Positions 62,901 to 64,000 of a DNA stretch of 64,000 bases are shown piece by piece; positions within the stretch are counted from its first letter, which is position 1, and each line of letters opens with the position of its first letter. A program made the translations under genes and the position numbers. The notes under the pieces are model-generated. The model was not told the origin of the DNA, made no database searches, and was given only the letters and a program-made list of their open reading frames with translations. This DNA comes from Cenococcum geophilum. Taxonomy: Eukaryota. The DNA is taken from contig CP158636.1 in NCBI GenBank assembly GCA_050273025.1, forward strand, positions 1,674,001 to 1,738,000. The letters are read 5' to 3'.

Positions 62901-64000
62901 AGGATCTAAGAATAGTAAGAAGTTAGGACCCTTTATATTTAGGGAAGCTACTAAGTAGGCTATAGACCGGTTAAAGGATTTGTTTACGTTAGCGCCTATT
63001 CTAATACACTTTTACTAGAAGCTACGTATATACCTTAAAATAGATATATCCGGCTTTGCCCTAGGGGCAATTATATCTTAATTAAAAGACGGAAAATGGC
63101 ATCCTATAGCGTTTTGGTTAAGGAAAATGACCCCTATAGAATAGCGTTATATAACGCACGACTAGGAGTTACTCGCGATAGTTATAGTAATAAAGCACTA
63201 GCGATATTATTATATAGGAAGTAATTACCCTATTAAAGTCCTTATAGACTATAATAACTTAAAATACTTTATAACTATAAAGGTGTTAAGTGGTTAATAA
63301 GCTAGATAGGCAAAGGCATTATTGTAGTACGATTTTAAGATTATATACCGCTTAGAAAAGATAAATCCTACTAATAGGTTATTAAGACGTTCGGATTATA
63401 AGACAAGGAAAATCTAGGACAGTATAGGGGAAATAATCCCTATATTATAAAATTTGCTTAGGAAGAAAGAAGACTCTTTCCCTAGAATTATAGAATTTTG
63501 CGATAGGGCAAAGGTCCTAGCGATACAGCTATAAAATAATATAATTATAAAGCTATAGGATATAGTTATAGACTAGGTTATAGACTAAGCAGATATTATA
63601 AAGTTAGCGTATCCTAGAATTAGCGAGAATTCTATAGGATATGCTAGAGGTATCGCGGCACCTTTAACTTAATGGCGTATTAGCTATAAGTTTTCGGATC
63701 TAAGGGGAATAGGCGAGATGCCTATCCGTAGCGTGGTATACTATATAACGGTAGAAGAATCCGCTAGCACTAATGGTTTAAAACGTCTCGTACTATACCT
63801 TCGGTCTATAATGGCGGCAGGTAAAATAAAAGTAAGTAATTTGTATAAAACCTTTCCGGATCTTCTTCTTTAAGCTTAATAAAGGGACGCCTTCGCCTCT
63901 AGGGAGAGGTAGAAAGATATAGTAGAAACCAACTTAGCTAGAGTTACTAAGAAGCTCTAGTAGTAAGACTAAAAGGGTCTGTTACGCTTTAAAGGTGCTA
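59941..64000 (+). mobile_element. Ty3/Gypsy element H (RIP-degraded), inserted in gag of C, runs off the right edge
   Basis: Probable LTR at 59941-60191 (TATAACGG..GGTAACA). Gag knuckle CYNCGKKG(Y/H)ISRF at ~61355; protease LIDSGAS at ~61555; RT PKKDGTL..IDY at ~62250 and YLDD->YLNN at ~62578; RNase H at ~63030-63390. Confidence 0.85.

Overview
Filamentous ascomycete (Pezizomycotina-type) genomic DNA. About 80% of the window is AT-rich, RIP-mutated repeat: strong TpA excess, and conserved codons turned GAT->AAT and TGG->TAG. The repeats form a nest that can largely be reconstructed from LTRs and target-site duplications (TSDs): five Ty3/Gypsy copies, a Ty1/Copia, two non-autonomous Copia-like LTR elements, a solo LTR, a 5'-truncated LINE and a palindromic pogo-type MITE. 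A RIP-killed DUF3435-type (Starship captain-like) tyrosine recombinase sits at the left edge. A ~12.8 kb gene island (44997-57793) is inserted with base precision into the protease region of one Gypsy copy. It carries a RIP-destroyed PD-(D/E)XK-like gene and a truncated, RIP-hit HET-domain pseudogene. It also carries an intact head-to-head pair: a 601-aa HeLo + pseudokinase protein (MLKL-like architecture) and a 3-exon, 1270-aa active non-RD kinase + Sel1-like + ankyrin-repeat protein (RIPK-like or NLR-like sensor). The pair is the main candidate for an undescribed fungal necroptosis-like, phosphorylation-triggered cell-death or allorecognition system. This function is inferred from domain architecture and has not been demonstrated.
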